From positions 1,248,001-1,312,000 of the forward strand of contig CAVWHX010000004.1 of NCBI GenBank assembly GCA_963754925.1: a stretch of DNA of 64,000 bases, given 5' to 3'. Positions 1-10,813 of the stretch are shown here, piece by piece; positions within the stretch are counted from its first letter, which is position 1, and each line of letters starts with the position of its first letter. A model generated the notes under the pieces. The model did not search any database. It saw only the letters and a list, made by a program, of their open reading frames with translations, and was not told the DNA's origin. Source of the stretch: an uncultured delta proteobacterium. Its GTDB lineage: Bacteria; Myxococcota; B64-G9. A program made the position numbers and the translations under genes.

Positions 1-504
<504 letters not shown>

Positions 505-529
505 GGCGCTCGGACCCGAGGATTTCCCC

Positions 530-1411
530 ATGCTGACGAGTGAGTTAATCAAGAAGATCCGCAAGATTGAGATTACCACCAAGAGGGCGGTCGAGGATGT
601 TCTGGCCGGCCAGTACCACTCGGTCTTCAAAGGTCGCGGCATGGTCTTCGACGAGGTCCGTCCCTACCAGCCCGGTGACAATATCCGGGTGATCGACTGG
701 AACGTCACTGCCCGGATGAACGAACTCTTCATCAAGCAATTCATCGAAGAACGCGAACTGACGGTGATGCTGCTGGTGGATGCCTCAGCCTCCCAGGCCT
801 TTGGTTCGCGGCAGCGCTTCAAGTCAGAACTGGCGGCTGAGATCACCGCTTTGCTTGCGTTTTCTGCAATTAAAAACAACGATCGGGTTGGATTGGTAAT
901 CTTTACCGACCAGGTCGAGCGTTTTGTACCTCCGAAAAAAGGGAAGAAGCATGTTCTGCGGGTGGTTTCGGAAGTTCTCGCCTATCGGCCGAAGCACCCC
1001 GGTACCGATATCTGCGCTGCGCTCGAGTTTGCAGCGCGGATTAACAAACGCAAAAGCATTACCTTTCTTATCAGCGACTTCCTCGCGAGTGGATACGAGC
1101 GGAGTCTTAAAATCGCCAGCCGCCGGCAGGACCTCGTGCCTATTGTTCTGCGGGATCGGTTGGAACAACAGCTCGTCAATGTTGGGGTGGCGGCGTTTCA
1201 GGACCCCGAGACCTTTGAGGTGGTTTTGTTTGATACCGGCGTACGCCGGGCCCGTGAACAGGTTGCTCAGCGCATGAAAACATTGTGGGGCGAGCAGCAG
1301 CGCCTTTTTGCGCGGTTGCGTCTCGATGCAGTCGAGCTTTTCACCGATCAGGACTATGTCCGGCCGCTGGTGACGTTCTTCAAGCGTCGGGAGGCGAGGC
1401 TGGCGCGATGA
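530..1411 (+). CDS. DUF58 domain protein (vWA-like MoxR partner)
   Basis: Motifs GQYHSVFKGRGMVFDEVRPYQPGD..IDWNVTAR, LLVDASAS and FLISDF. Confidence 0.92.
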   Translation: MLTSELIKKIRKIEITTKRAVEDVLAGQYHSVFKGRGMVFDEVRPYQPGDNIRVIDWNVTARMNELFIKQFIEERELTVMLLVDASASQAFGSRQRFKSELAAEITALLAFSAIKNNDRVGLVIFTDQVERFVPPKKGKKHVLRVVSEVLAYRPKHPGTDICAALEFAARINKRKSITFLISDFLASGYERSLKIASRRQDLVPIVLRDRLEQQLVNVGVAAFQDPETFEVVLFDTGVRRAREQVAQRMKTLWGEQQRLFARLRLDAVELFTDQDYVRPLVTFFKRREARLAR

Positions 1412-2442
1412 AGGTCGGTTTTTCCTTCCACGATTTCGGCGAAAGGCACCGAGCCACGGCGGCCCGGTTTCTTTTCTTCGTGCTGCCCGGTGCGGCGGCG
1501 TTGCTTGCATTGGCGGCTGCGCCGCTTCGGGCTGCTCAGAGCGCGGACGAAAAGACCAACCAAGCGGTTTCCGTTCAGGTCAATCCCGGAAGCGCCGCCC
1601 TCGGTGAACCGATACAGTTAATCATCGAGGTGCGCGCGAAAGCTGGAGTTACCTATCGGCTGCCGGCGGCGCTCGCGCTCGATCCGTTCGTAGAGCTCTC
1701 GCGCACCGAGGAGCTAACGCCTGCCGCGGATGCTTCGGCCGGCGCGCTGCAGCGGTTTGTGGTGAAGATCGCCTGCTATCAAGAGACCGGGGCATTAACC
1801 GTTCCCTCATTTACGCTCGAGTCCGTCGTTGCCGACGGCGGCGCCCCGGTCCCGGGCATCGAAGTCCCGGAAGTTGCCGTTCGGATCACGAGCATGCTCG
1901 AGGGCGTTTCAGATCCAAAGCCGCGGGACATCCATGGTCCGGTATCCATTGTCGTCAAAGACTACCGGCTACTCGTTGTGCTGGGGTTGCTCGCGCTGTT
2001 TATCGCCGCCGGCTGGTCCCTGCGCCGCTTTGCGGGCGTGCTGCGCCCCGATCCGCGGGTACAACCATTGCCGCCACCACGCCAGGCATATGAAATCGCG
2101 ATGGAAAAACTCAATGCCATCGTCGCGGATGATCTGTTGCGGCAAGGAAAGTTTTACGAGTACTTTGTTCGGATCTCAGAAGTGGTACGTGAGTATCTGG
2201 GCAACCGCTATCAATTCTTTGCCATGGATCTGACGACCCGTGAGCTTTTGATGGAACTGTGCGACCGGCCGAGCCCCGGACTCGAGCACGCGCAATTGCG
2301 GTCGCTTCTGGAAGATGCCGATTTGGTAAAGTTTGCGCGCCTTCGGCCGAGCGACGATCAGTGCGCCCACGCAATCAACGAGGCCTTCACCGTGGTCGAA
2401 CGTACGCGACTCCCGCTCGCCTACCAGGAGGGACAGGTATAA
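1408..2442 (+). CDS. Bat-operon membrane protein (N-terminal BatD-like beta domain, one TM helix, cytoplasmic C-terminal domain)
   Basis: ATG at 1408 overlaps the DUF58 stop (ATGA); signal-like segment, central TM, C-terminal EVVREYLGNRY..DLTTREL..ADLVKFA typical of the gene preceding batA. Confidence 0.75.
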   Translation: MKVGFSFHDFGERHRATAARFLFFVLPGAAALLALAAAPLRAAQSADEKTNQAVSVQVNPGSAALGEPIQLIIEVRAKAGVTYRLPAALALDPFVELSRTEELTPAADASAGALQRFVVKIACYQETGALTVPSFTLESVVADGGAPVPGIEVPEVAVRITSMLEGVSDPKPRDIHGPVSIVVKDYRLLVVLGLLALFIAAGWSLRRFAGVLRPDPRVQPLPPPRQAYEIAMEKLNAIVADDLLRQGKFYEYFVRISEVVREYLGNRYQFFAMDLTTRELLMELCDRPSPGLEHAQLRSLLEDADLVKFARLRPSDDQCAHAINEAFTVVERTRLPLAYQEGQV

Positions 2443-3713
2443 TGCCGGTTCGGGAGCTGCACTTTCAGTCCCTCGGGGCGCTTGCTCTCTTGGCGGTTGT
2501 GCCGCTGCTGGTGGTAAGCCTGCTATTAACGGAACGGCGCAGGCGCGCGGTTGCCGCGCCGGGGGCTAGCCGCGGCGATAGCAAGGACGAGAGCCGGGTA
2601 GCATCGATCCTGTTGTTGCTGTGTGCGGGCGCGACCATTGTCGGCAGCGCGGCTACCGGCTGGGTGCTCCTGGGGAGCGATGACGATCCGTTGAGAACTC
2701 CCCTGGGACTCACCGGGCTTTCGCTGCTTGCCGGCGCTCTCATGCTCGCGACCCTGGCGCTGTGGCTGCATCGCAACCTGCGGCCAATTTTTATCTTTCC
2801 GACGATGTCTTGGGTAAAAGACATTCCCGAGGGACGTCCGTCACGGCTTCGCTTCTTGGTGCCGATTTTTCGGCTGCTCTCGATAATGCTGGTCATTGTG
2901 GCGCTGGCGCGGCCGCAGATAGCAAGCACCATGGCCGATGAGTATACCGAGGGCATGGACATCGTATTGGTCCTGGACCTATCGACCAGTATGCGCGCCG
3001 TGGATTTCGCGCCACCCGACCGGCCGCGCGAGCGGATGAGCCGCATCGACGGGGCCAAGGAAACAATTGCTAATTTTATCAAGCAGCGTAAGAACGACCG
3101 CTTAGGGTTGGTGATCTTTGCAGCCGAGGCCTTTACCCAAAGTCCGCTGACGTTGGACTACTCGGTGCTGCAAAATATCCTTAAGTCGATCGATGCTGGG
3201 ATGATCGAGGATGGCACCGCGATCGGCAACGCCGTGGTGGTGGCCGTCAATCGTCTGCGCGATTCAGAAGCCGAGAGCAAGGTGATCATTTTGTTAACCG
3301 ATGGGGACGATAATGCCTCCACGGTGGCGCCGGTCCAGGCGGCCGAAATAGCAGCCGAAAAGCACATCATCGTGTTCCCGATTCTTGTCGGCAAGGGCGG
3401 CCGAGTGCCCTATCCGGTGGGAACCGATGTTTTTGGGCAGATGCAATATCAGTTGGTCGAAATCCCCACCAATCCTGAGCTGTTACAAAAGATCGCCGAG
3501 ATAACCAAAGGCACCTTCTACCGAGCGATCGACCAACGGGGCCTGGAGGAAGATCTGCAGGATATCCTTAATCATATGAAGACGACTCGGTTGCTCGAAC
3601 CCGGGCGCTTTACCCATCATACCGAGCGATTCCAAGTGCCGCTGCTTGCGGCACTGGCGCTGCTGCTCTTTGAGCTGTTATTGCGTTGGACGCGCTTTCG
3701 CGCTTTCCCGTGA
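2442..3713 (+). CDS. batA: BatA-like membrane-anchored vWA domain protein
   Basis: TAATG overlap at 2440-2444; ALARPQ, MIDAS DLSTSM, GTAIG, ILLTDG; C-terminal TM. Confidence 0.85.
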   Translation: MPVRELHFQSLGALALLAVVPLLVVSLLLTERRRRAVAAPGASRGDSKDESRVASILLLLCAGATIVGSAATGWVLLGSDDDPLRTPLGLTGLSLLAGALMLATLALWLHRNLRPIFIFPTMSWVKDIPEGRPSRLRFLVPIFRLLSIMLVIVALARPQIASTMADEYTEGMDIVLVLDLSTSMRAVDFAPPDRPRERMSRIDGAKETIANFIKQRKNDRLGLVIFAAEAFTQSPLTLDYSVLQNILKSIDAGMIEDGTAIGNAVVVAVNRLRDSEAESKVIILLTDGDDNASTVAPVQAAEIAAEKHIIVFPILVGKGGRVPYPVGTDVFGQMQYQLVEIPTNPELLQKIAEITKGTFYRAIDQRGLEEDLQDILNHMKTTRLLEPGRFTHHTERFQVPLLAALALLLFELLLRWTRFRAFP

Positions 3714-3719
3714 GGACCC

Positions 3720-4742
3720 ATGAGGTTTGCGGCGTACGAATACCTGTACTTCCTGTTGGTGGTGCCCGTGGTCGCCGCCTTCGGCGTTGTCGCTTTGCTG
3801 CGACGCCGGAATGCCGGCCGCGCGGTGGCGGAAGATAAACTCTTCGCCCGGCTTGCCCCCGCAACCTCGCTCGAGCGCGAGGTGTTAAGGCTCATCGCGA
3901 TCGTCCTGGCGCTGGTATTGATCATTTTCGCCTTGAGCCGGCCGCAGTTTGGCGCGCACTCCACCATCGTCAAACGCCGCGGATTGGATGTGGTGGTGGC
4001 CCTCGACATGTCCAAATCGATGCTGGCGCGCGACATCTCCTCGGGGGCTTCCGGTGACCGACTCAAACGCGCCAAGATGGAAGTACAAGGGCTGATCGAC
4101 CGCTTGGAAGGCGATCGCATCGGCCTGGTGGCCTTTGCGGGGGCCGCATTTGTCCAATGCCCGCTCACGTCGGACTATGCGGCGGCCAAGTTGTTCATGC
4201 GCTCGATGAACGTCGGTCAAATCCCGGTGGGTGGAACCAATTTTGCCGAGGCGTTGCGGGTGGCGCGCGAGATGTTTGCGGGCGCGCGCGGCGGCTCGCG
4301 CTCAAAGGTCGTCGTGCTCATCTCGGACGGCGAGGACCACGAGGGTCAGTATGAAAAGGAAGTCGAGCGGCTGCGCGATCTCGGGGTAATCATCCACACC
4401 ATTGGCGTTGGCACCCAAATCGGCGAGCTGATTCCAGAGGAGGATGGCAGGTATCTGCATAACGAGGGTAAGACGGTCATGACCCGGTTACAGGAGAACA
4501 CCCTCAAGGCGATAGCCGAGTCGACGGGCGGGGTGTACGTACACTCGGCGGCGGGCGATCTCGGTTTTACGACCATCTATGAAATGATGAGTCAGTTGCA
4601 GAAATCGGACTACGACGCGCGCTTTGAGACTGTTTTTGAGGAGAAGTTCCAAGTATTTGCTTTTATGGGGTTGTTGTTGCTCATCGCCGCGAGCGTGATT
4701 CCGCGTGGGCGCACCACGACCCGGAACGGGGAGGCGCCATGA
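3720..4742 (+). CDS. batB: BatB-like membrane-anchored vWA domain protein
   Basis: ALSRPQFG, DMSKSMLARD, DRIGLVAFAG..CPLTSD, LISDGEDH. Confidence 0.85.
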   Translation: MRFAAYEYLYFLLVVPVVAAFGVVALLRRRNAGRAVAEDKLFARLAPATSLEREVLRLIAIVLALVLIIFALSRPQFGAHSTIVKRRGLDVVVALDMSKSMLARDISSGASGDRLKRAKMEVQGLIDRLEGDRIGLVAFAGAAFVQCPLTSDYAAAKLFMRSMNVGQIPVGGTNFAEALRVAREMFAGARGGSRSKVVVLISDGEDHEGQYEKEVERLRDLGVIIHTIGVGTQIGELIPEEDGRYLHNEGKTVMTRLQENTLKAIAESTGGVYVHSAAGDLGFTTIYEMMSQLQKSDYDARFETVFEEKFQVFAFMGLLLLIAASVIPRGRTTTRNGEAP

Positions 4743-5632
4743 AACCGATCCGTTTGCTCTTCTCAGCGGTGGTGTTGCTGGCAACAGACGCTCAGGCGTC
4801 TCCCTTTGACTGGCCGATATACCCGGTTGAGCAGGGTAACCAGAGCTATACCGAGGGCAAGTACGAAGATGCGCTTGAACAGTACGAGGGTGTCGAAGAA
4901 CAGCTCACCGGCGAAGCGCGTCTGCAATTTGATCGTGGGGATGCGCTGTTCAAACTGCAACGCTTCAAGGAAGCGCGTGAGGCTTTCCTGCGCGCGACCG
5001 GTACCGACGATCCGGAGCTGAAAAAGCGCAATTACTACAATATTGGCAACACGTTCCTGGCCGAGAACTCGTTTCCGGACGCCATCGATTACTATCGACG
5101 GGCGCTCGAAATCGATCCGACCTTCGAGGATGCTCGTTTTAATCTTGAGCTGGCGGTGCGCGCTTTGAAACAGCAAAAGGATCAGCAGGAAAAAAACAAG
5201 CAGGATAAGAATCAGAAGGATAACCAGAACGACAACCAGGGCAAGCGGCAAGACCAACAGCACGATAGCAGCCAAGACAAGAAGGAACAGGAAAACCAGC
5301 AACAGCAGGAGCAAAATCAAAAACAGGATCAGAAACAGGAACGGGAACAAAACCAAGATCAAAAGCAGGATCAAAAACAGGATCAAAAACAATCAGATCA
5401 ACAGGCACATCAGCAGAAGCAGGATCAGCAGCAACAAAATCAACAGGATCTCAACCAGCCGCAAGAACAACAATCCGGAACGGAGGAGAAGCGACCCGAA
5501 GGCACGTTATCGCAAATGCAAGTTAATGATCTTCTCGATGCGGCGCGCGAGACCGAGAAGCCCTTTCAGCTCTACCGTTTTCAGTTGCCGGAAAGTAAGC
5601 TTAAGAATAGAAGAGTCGAAAAGGACTGGTGA
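4739..5632 (+). CDS. batC: BatC-like TPR protein with Gln/Lys/Asp-rich linker
   Basis: Signal peptide, TPR motifs (YYNIGN, ARFNLE), Q-rich region, C-terminal EKDW. Confidence 0.8.
   Translation: MKPIRLLFSAVVLLATDAQASPFDWPIYPVEQGNQSYTEGKYEDALEQYEGVEEQLTGEARLQFDRGDALFKLQRFKEAREAFLRATGTDDPELKKRNYYNIGNTFLAENSFPDAIDYYRRALEIDPTFEDARFNLELAVRALKQQKDQQEKNKQDKNQKDNQNDNQGKRQDQQHDSSQDKKEQENQQQQEQNQKQDQKQEREQNQDQKQDQKQDQKQSDQQAHQQKQDQQQQNQQDLNQPQEQQSGTEEKRPEGTLSQMQVNDLLDAARETEKPFQLYRFQLPESKLKNRRVEKDW
5170..5475 (+). repeat. Low-complexity coding repeat (QKQD-like 12-nt units, CAAAAACAGGAT variants)
   Basis: Imperfect tandem caaaa(a/g)caggat units inside batC. Confidence 0.7.
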
Positions 5633-7503
5633 GTTGTTTGAATAATCAAAGATGGCCTCTACTACTTTGCAGTATCCTCCTCGGCAGCCCTATGGCCGTG
5701 CGTGCGACGGAGGTGTCTTTTTCCGCTTCGGTCGACCAGACCGAGATAGGGCTCAACGACACCGTGATGCTCACGCTCTCCTTTCAGGCGCCGGATCTCT
5801 CCCAGGCGACCGACCTCCAGCGACCCAACCTCGGCAGCTTGCAGATGGTTAATGAACAACAGCAAGAAAGCTTTTCATTCAACTTTATCAACGGCCAACA
5901 GCAAGTGCGAAAATTGCGCAACACGATTCTCGTGCTCCGTCCCACCGTTGAGGGCACGGTAACCATTGGGTCGGCCCATATCAATTACCAGGGCAGGGTG
6001 TTATCGACCGATCCCATAACGGTTCGCGTCGTCAAGGAACGATCGACCGCCAAGCGACCCCGACGGAGACCGGTTGGATCAAGTCCCTTTGACTCACCGT
6101 TTGACGACTTTTTTCGTTCACCCATGGATCGGTTTCAGGATGAACCAGCCGAGGTGAGCGAAGCCGATTTATTCGTTGAGGCCGTAATCAACCCCGATAC
6201 GGTGGTCGAGGGTCAGCAAGCGACCGTGACGCTCGCGATATACTCACGGGTAGGAGCGCGCCTTAAAGCAGTTCGCTGGCCAAAACTACAAGAGTTTTTT
6301 ACGATGGACCGCGACGTAAGCGACCTGCAGATCGAGGAAAAGGTACTGAATGGTATAGCGTACCAATATAAGGTGCTCGACCGGAAAGCGCTCTTTCCTT
6401 TGCAATCGGGGGAACTCAGAATCGAGCCCGTCGAGGTTGACGTCGACACCAGCGCCTCGCCCTTCTTCGGCGGTCAGGCGCGCACCCTGCGCACCAAGCC
6501 ACTGAAGCTTCGGGTTGAGCCGCTTCCGTCCGCGGGCCAGCCAAAAGAGTTTCACCCCGGCAACGTGGGGCACTTCGAACTATCCGCTGCTGTTGACGAG
6601 CGTGCGGTCAACCTTAATCAACCGGTGACCTACACGCTTACCGTGCGCGGTTCCGGCAACATACAGCAGCTGCGCCCTCCCGAGCTGCCGCTCTTGGATA
6701 AGGTTAAACGCTTTGATCCGGCGGTGGATATAAAAGTCCCCAAGAAAGGTCGGGAGGTGAAGGGATCTAAGACCGTTGAATATATTCTTATGCCGCTTGC
6801 GTCGGGCGAACTGACTATTCCATCGCTCTCCTTTTCCTTTTACGATCCCACGGTCAGTGCGTACCGCACCCTGAGCACCGAGAGCATAGCCGTCACGGTG
6901 GCGGACAGTTCCACAACGGCGCAACCGGGCGAAGCCGGTCCGCACGAGGTCAACCTTGTGGCCGGCGCCCTCAAGCCAATTCGGTTCGTGAGCACGTTGA
7001 GTGGCTATGGCCCGCCCTTTTATCGCAGCAAGCTGTTTATTCCCCTCTTGATTGCTCCCGTGGCGCTGTGGCTCGTGCTCATACTGAGTTTGGCGATTCA
7101 AGCGCGGCTGCAGACCGACAGCCCCCGCCTCCGCATGCGCAGGGCTGCGATCAGGGCCCGTCAGCGGTTGAAGCGGACCAAGAAGCTGATCGTTACGGGA
7201 AATGCAGCGGACTTTTATGCCGAGCTCAAGTTAGCCTTGCTGGATGCGCTCGAGGCTCGAACCGGGTTGCCGTTGCATGGGGTGCGGTTGGACAAAACAC
7301 GAATGCTGATGGAGGAGTCCGGAGCCGGTGCGAAGACCGCCGATGCGGTGGTCCGGGAAATAGAAAACTGCGACTTCGGACGATTTGCCCCGGCCAACTC
7401 GCGGGGTGATGAGATGCAGGCTGCTTCAGAGCGGGTAACAAAACTCGTGGCTACCCTGGCTCGTCAACGACCGGCGCGCCCCGTTCGGGAGGGCGGTCTA
7501 TGA
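5629..7503 (+). CDS. batD: BatD-family protein
   Basis: Signal peptide, repeated beta-sandwich modules (SASVDQTEIG, GNVGHFELSA, GSGNI), TM near C-terminus. Confidence 0.85.
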   Translation: MSCLNNQRWPLLLCSILLGSPMAVRATEVSFSASVDQTEIGLNDTVMLTLSFQAPDLSQATDLQRPNLGSLQMVNEQQQESFSFNFINGQQQVRKLRNTILVLRPTVEGTVTIGSAHINYQGRVLSTDPITVRVVKERSTAKRPRRRPVGSSPFDSPFDDFFRSPMDRFQDEPAEVSEADLFVEAVINPDTVVEGQQATVTLAIYSRVGARLKAVRWPKLQEFFTMDRDVSDLQIEEKVLNGIAYQYKVLDRKALFPLQSGELRIEPVEVDVDTSASPFFGGQARTLRTKPLKLRVEPLPSAGQPKEFHPGNVGHFELSAAVDERAVNLNQPVTYTLTVRGSGNIQQLRPPELPLLDKVKRFDPAVDIKVPKKGREVKGSKTVEYILMPLASGELTIPSLSFSFYDPTVSAYRTLSTESIAVTVADSSTTAQPGEAGPHEVNLVAGALKPIRFVSTLSGYGPPFYRSKLFIPLLIAPVALWLVLILSLAIQARLQTDSPRLRMRRAAIRARQRLKRTKKLIVTGNAADFYAELKLALLDALEARTGLPLHGVRLDKTRMLMEESGAGAKTADAVVREIENCDFGRFAPANSRGDEMQAASERVTKLVATLARQRPARPVREGGL

Positions 7504-8339
7504 AAAAGCTATGGGTGTGGCTCCTGGCGATAGTATGCCTCATCGCGGTGAGCGCCCGTGCCTCGTCCGAGAGCGCGGTCGCCGCGAACTCCATGGCAGC
7601 AACGTCGTCTCCCGAGGGTGCATCGCCTGCGCCTGAGTCGGATCGGATCGCCCATTTCCAGAAAGGAAACCAGGCCTATCTGGATGGCGACTACCCGAAG
7701 GCGATTGGCGAATACCGGCGGGTGCTTGAAACCGGGGTTTTTCATCCCGATCTGTATTTCAACCTTGCTAATGCCTATTACCGTGCCGGACAAAAGGGGT
7801 TGGCAGTGTTGTTTTATGAGAAGGCGCTCGATCTTGATCCGTCCGACTCGGCTGCGAATTCCAATTTGGCGATGGTACAAAAGGAACTGATCGATAGGGT
7901 TGTGATGCCCGAGGACGGGCCGGTCGGCGAACCGCCCTGGCATGGATTCATCCGCAGCCTATCGGTTGGCTGGCTGACCGCTGTTTTTCTGGTTCTGTAC
8001 GGTGCGACGTTTGTAATCCTGATATGGCGCAGGTTGGTTTCGGCCAACGTGCTGCGCCGCTTGCTGTTTTGGTTCATCATTCCGTTACTCTGCCTTGTGT
8101 TTCTGTTTGGCGTGTTACTCGGCAGCCGGATCTACGTTCAAGAAATTGTCCATCATGGAATCGTGGTATCCCAAACCGCGGGCTTGCGAGAAGGCCCGGA
8201 TCGCAACGCAAAGATGCTGATGGAACTGCACGAGGGACTCAAGCTCCAGCTGCTTTCGGAGGTTGGGGATTATGCTCGGGTTAGGTTGCAGAACGGGGTG
8301 GAAGGTTTTTTACTGCGTGATCAATTCGGGGAGATATAA
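7500..8339 (+). CDS. batE: BatE-like TPR + SH3b membrane protein
   Basis: YFNLANAYYR..AVLFYEKA TPR, two TMs, C-terminal LREGP..LHEGLK..NGVEGF SH3-like domain. Confidence 0.8.
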   Translation: MKKLWVWLLAIVCLIAVSARASSESAVAANSMAATSSPEGASPAPESDRIAHFQKGNQAYLDGDYPKAIGEYRRVLETGVFHPDLYFNLANAYYRAGQKGLAVLFYEKALDLDPSDSAANSNLAMVQKELIDRVVMPEDGPVGEPPWHGFIRSLSVGWLTAVFLVLYGATFVILIWRRLVSANVLRRLLFWFIIPLLCLVFLFGVLLGSRIYVQEIVHHGIVVSQTAGLREGPDRNAKMLMELHEGLKLQLLSEVGDYARVRLQNGVEGFLLRDQFGEI

Positions 8340-8447
8340 ACATAATCCGTGAGTTGACTGGCCAGGGGGTCGCGTGGTAATCTCGGCAATGTCGACTCAA
8401 CTAGAATTATCAAGCATTCCAATTTGTTACACGAGGAGCTAACATCC

Positions 8448-9272
8448 GTGATAAGGTTTATTTGTGGTTTTGGGCTGTTGTATGTGTTTTTGTCGATCCC
8501 GTCTGGTTGCGCCTCAGGCCCGAAAGCACACCCCAAAGTATCCTACCAAACAGACGCCAAAGAAAATTTTCTCAAAGGAAAGAAGGCGTTTGATAAAAAA
8601 GATTATGTCGATGCGGTTGAATATTTTACCTTCGTAAAGCAGAAGTTTCCGTATTCCACCTATGCCGTTGAGGCCGATCTCCTGTTGGCTGATTGCCATT
8701 TTAGACGAGATCAGTTCACGGAGGCAATTGACGCCTACACCGATTTCATCAAGCTGCACCCGAAAAACGAAAAGGTTCCCTACGCCGCCTTCCAGATCGG
8801 CATGAGTGCGTACCAACAGATTCCAGATAACTGGTGGATTTTCCCGCCGTCATACGAACTTGATCAGCGTGAGACGACCCGCGCGATGCTTGAGCTTCAG
8901 CGATACCTTATTCAATACCCCGACGACTCGAATGTCCCGGAGGCCCAAGCTCTTCTCAAGAAATGCAAGCGACGATTGGCCGAGCAGGTAAACTATGTAA
9001 TGGATTTCTACCAGAAGAGAAAACACTCCCGCGGCGTGCTCTGGCGGGCCGATGAATTGCTGACCAAATATCCGGGCTCAGGTTTTGACGATAAGGCGCT
9101 GTACTTCAAGGCCGAGGCGTTGCTCGCACTCGGTGATGCAACCGGCGCGCGGGCTACCCTCGATCAATTGATCGCGAGCTCGCCCCAGGGTGCGTACGAG
9201 AAGGACGCGAAAAAGTTGCTTGAACGGATTCCGCCGGCTCCTCCTGCTGCTGCTGGGGGCAGCTCTCCGTGA
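8448..9272 (+). CDS. bamD: Outer membrane protein assembly factor BamD (ComL/YfiO) lipoprotein
   Basis: GAGGAG RBS before GTG at 8448; lipobox-like PSGC; KFPYSTYA, FIKLHP, DQRET, FYQKR motifs. Confidence 0.85.
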   Translation: MIRFICGFGLLYVFLSIPSGCASGPKAHPKVSYQTDAKENFLKGKKAFDKKDYVDAVEYFTFVKQKFPYSTYAVEADLLLADCHFRRDQFTEAIDAYTDFIKLHPKNEKVPYAAFQIGMSAYQQIPDNWWIFPPSYELDQRETTRAMLELQRYLIQYPDDSNVPEAQALLKKCKRRLAEQVNYVMDFYQKRKHSRGVLWRADELLTKYPGSGFDDKALYFKAEALLALGDATGARATLDQLIASSPQGAYEKDAKKLLERIPPAPPAAAGGSSP

Positions 9273-9994
9273 GAGTTTCATCGGTTTTGATCCTGGTGGC
9301 AGATCTGGTTTTACTGTGCGCGTGCCAGGAAACCGCTCACGATAGTCCCCGAACGTTGCTTTCTCGGATTGAGCGCGCGCTGCGGCTTGGCGACACGGGC
9401 GCGATAATGCTGCTCATTGACAAAGAATACCAAGACGACTTGGGTGGCGCGGGTCATTTGGCGGAAGATCTGCGTCGTTTGTTTACTGTCTACGGTGAAC
9501 TGGAGTTCCGCTGCGAAAACATAACGACATTTCCCGAAAGCCTCAGCGCCAACGCGATAGTCGAGGGCAGAACCTTGCACTATGAGGGCCCGTTCACTCT
9601 GCAACTCGGACGAACCACGGACGGTTGGGTGGTGCGTGGGGGGCTTCTGACCGATCTGCGGGGCATCATACAAACCTTGCGCGACCGCCGGCTGGCGCTT
9701 GAACGGGGCGTTGTGGACGAGCTTGCCGAAATCGTTTCACCTGAGTACAACGGCCGCCCCGGGGGTCGAAAAGGCGTTATCGGACGGATTCGAAGCGAAT
9801 TTGCTTCAATCCGAGACGCTGCTTTGGTCGTGCGCGATCTTGAGATTGTGGTGACCGGCGAAAACGCGCAGGTGACCCAGAGTTACCTCTTGATCACGCA
9901 CGTTAACGAGCGCACCATCGAGCAGCGCGACCGTGAGCGATTAGAACTTCGTAAGGAGGGCACGCGCTGGCGTTTTTTTGCCGGTCTGGGTTGA
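9269..9994 (+). CDS. Putative lipoprotein with two NTF2-like (DUF4440-type) domains
   Basis: Lipobox-like LCAC; two segments with helix-DKEY/SPEY-helix-strands-W pattern. Confidence 0.5.
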   Translation: MRVSSVLILVADLVLLCACQETAHDSPRTLLSRIERALRLGDTGAIMLLIDKEYQDDLGGAGHLAEDLRRLFTVYGELEFRCENITTFPESLSANAIVEGRTLHYEGPFTLQLGRTTDGWVVRGGLLTDLRGIIQTLRDRRLALERGVVDELAEIVSPEYNGRPGGRKGVIGRIRSEFASIRDAALVVRDLEIVVTGENAQVTQSYLLITHVNERTIEQRDRERLELRKEGTRWRFFAGLG

Positions 9995-10012
9995 TGCCGT
10001 GGAGGGGATCCC

Positions 10013-10711
10013 ATGCAGGAACGAATCAAAGAGTTGCTGCGCTTAGGGCGAGAGGCTTACAAGACCAGGGAACTTGTCAGAGCGGAGGGCTTTCTGGTGC
10101 AGGTGCTCGAGCACATGGATGCCTTCGCCGATGTTCACAATATGCTCGGGGTCATTTACCACGAACGTGGTTTGTTCTCGAAAGCTCAGATTCACTTCGA
10201 GCGCGCGTTGGCCATAAACCCAACGTACACGGAAGCGGCGCTTAATCTGTCGGTGACCTACAACGATCTCGGTCATTACGAACAGGCTAAACAAGTTTAT
10301 CATCAGGTGGTGTCCGCAGCGCAGGAGCATCGCGGAGAGCTCGATCCGTTCATGCGCGGCAAGATCGCCAATATGTACGCCGAAATCGGTGATGTGTACC
10401 AGTCGGTTGGTTTTCACCAGCAAGCGGTGGTGGAGTATACCAAGGCGCTGACCATGGGGCCGGGATTCGTCGACATTCGACTCAAGATGGCCCAGGCCCT
10501 TGGTGATGGCGGTCAGCGTGAAGACGCGCTGGTGGAATTGCGACGCATCCTCGACGAGCGGCCGGAATTCGTGGCCGCCCACCTGCACCTGGGGATTACG
10601 CTGTATGCGCTTGGGCGTTTTGCCGAGGCCGTCAGTGAGTGGAAAGAGGTACTGCGGTACGATCCCACGAATAAGAGCGCTCGAATGTATCTCAATCTGG
10701 TCAAGGAGTAA
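10013..10711 (+). CDS. Tetratricopeptide repeat protein
   Basis: GGAGG RBS; successive TPRs (ADVHNMLGVIY, AALNLSVTY, AHLHLGITLY). Confidence 0.85.
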   Translation: MQERIKELLRLGREAYKTRELVRAEGFLVQVLEHMDAFADVHNMLGVIYHERGLFSKAQIHFERALAINPTYTEAALNLSVTYNDLGHYEQAKQVYHQVVSAAQEHRGELDPFMRGKIANMYAEIGDVYQSVGFHQQAVVEYTKALTMGPGFVDIRLKMAQALGDGGQREDALVELRRILDERPEFVAAHLHLGITLYALGRFAEAVSEWKEVLRYDPTNKSARMYLNLVKE

Positions 10712-10813
10712 GCCGACCTCGCAGCACCTTAACCGGCGCCCGGATTTTGCAGTTAGGCTCATTCGGAGTTAAGATGGAGCGTGCAGGATAGAATCGGCTG
10801 AGGGAGAATCCCG

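Noticed and set aside
4763..5392. Very hydrophobic 209-aa minus-strand ORF
   Set aside because: Antisense shadow of the Gln/Lys-rich batC repeat
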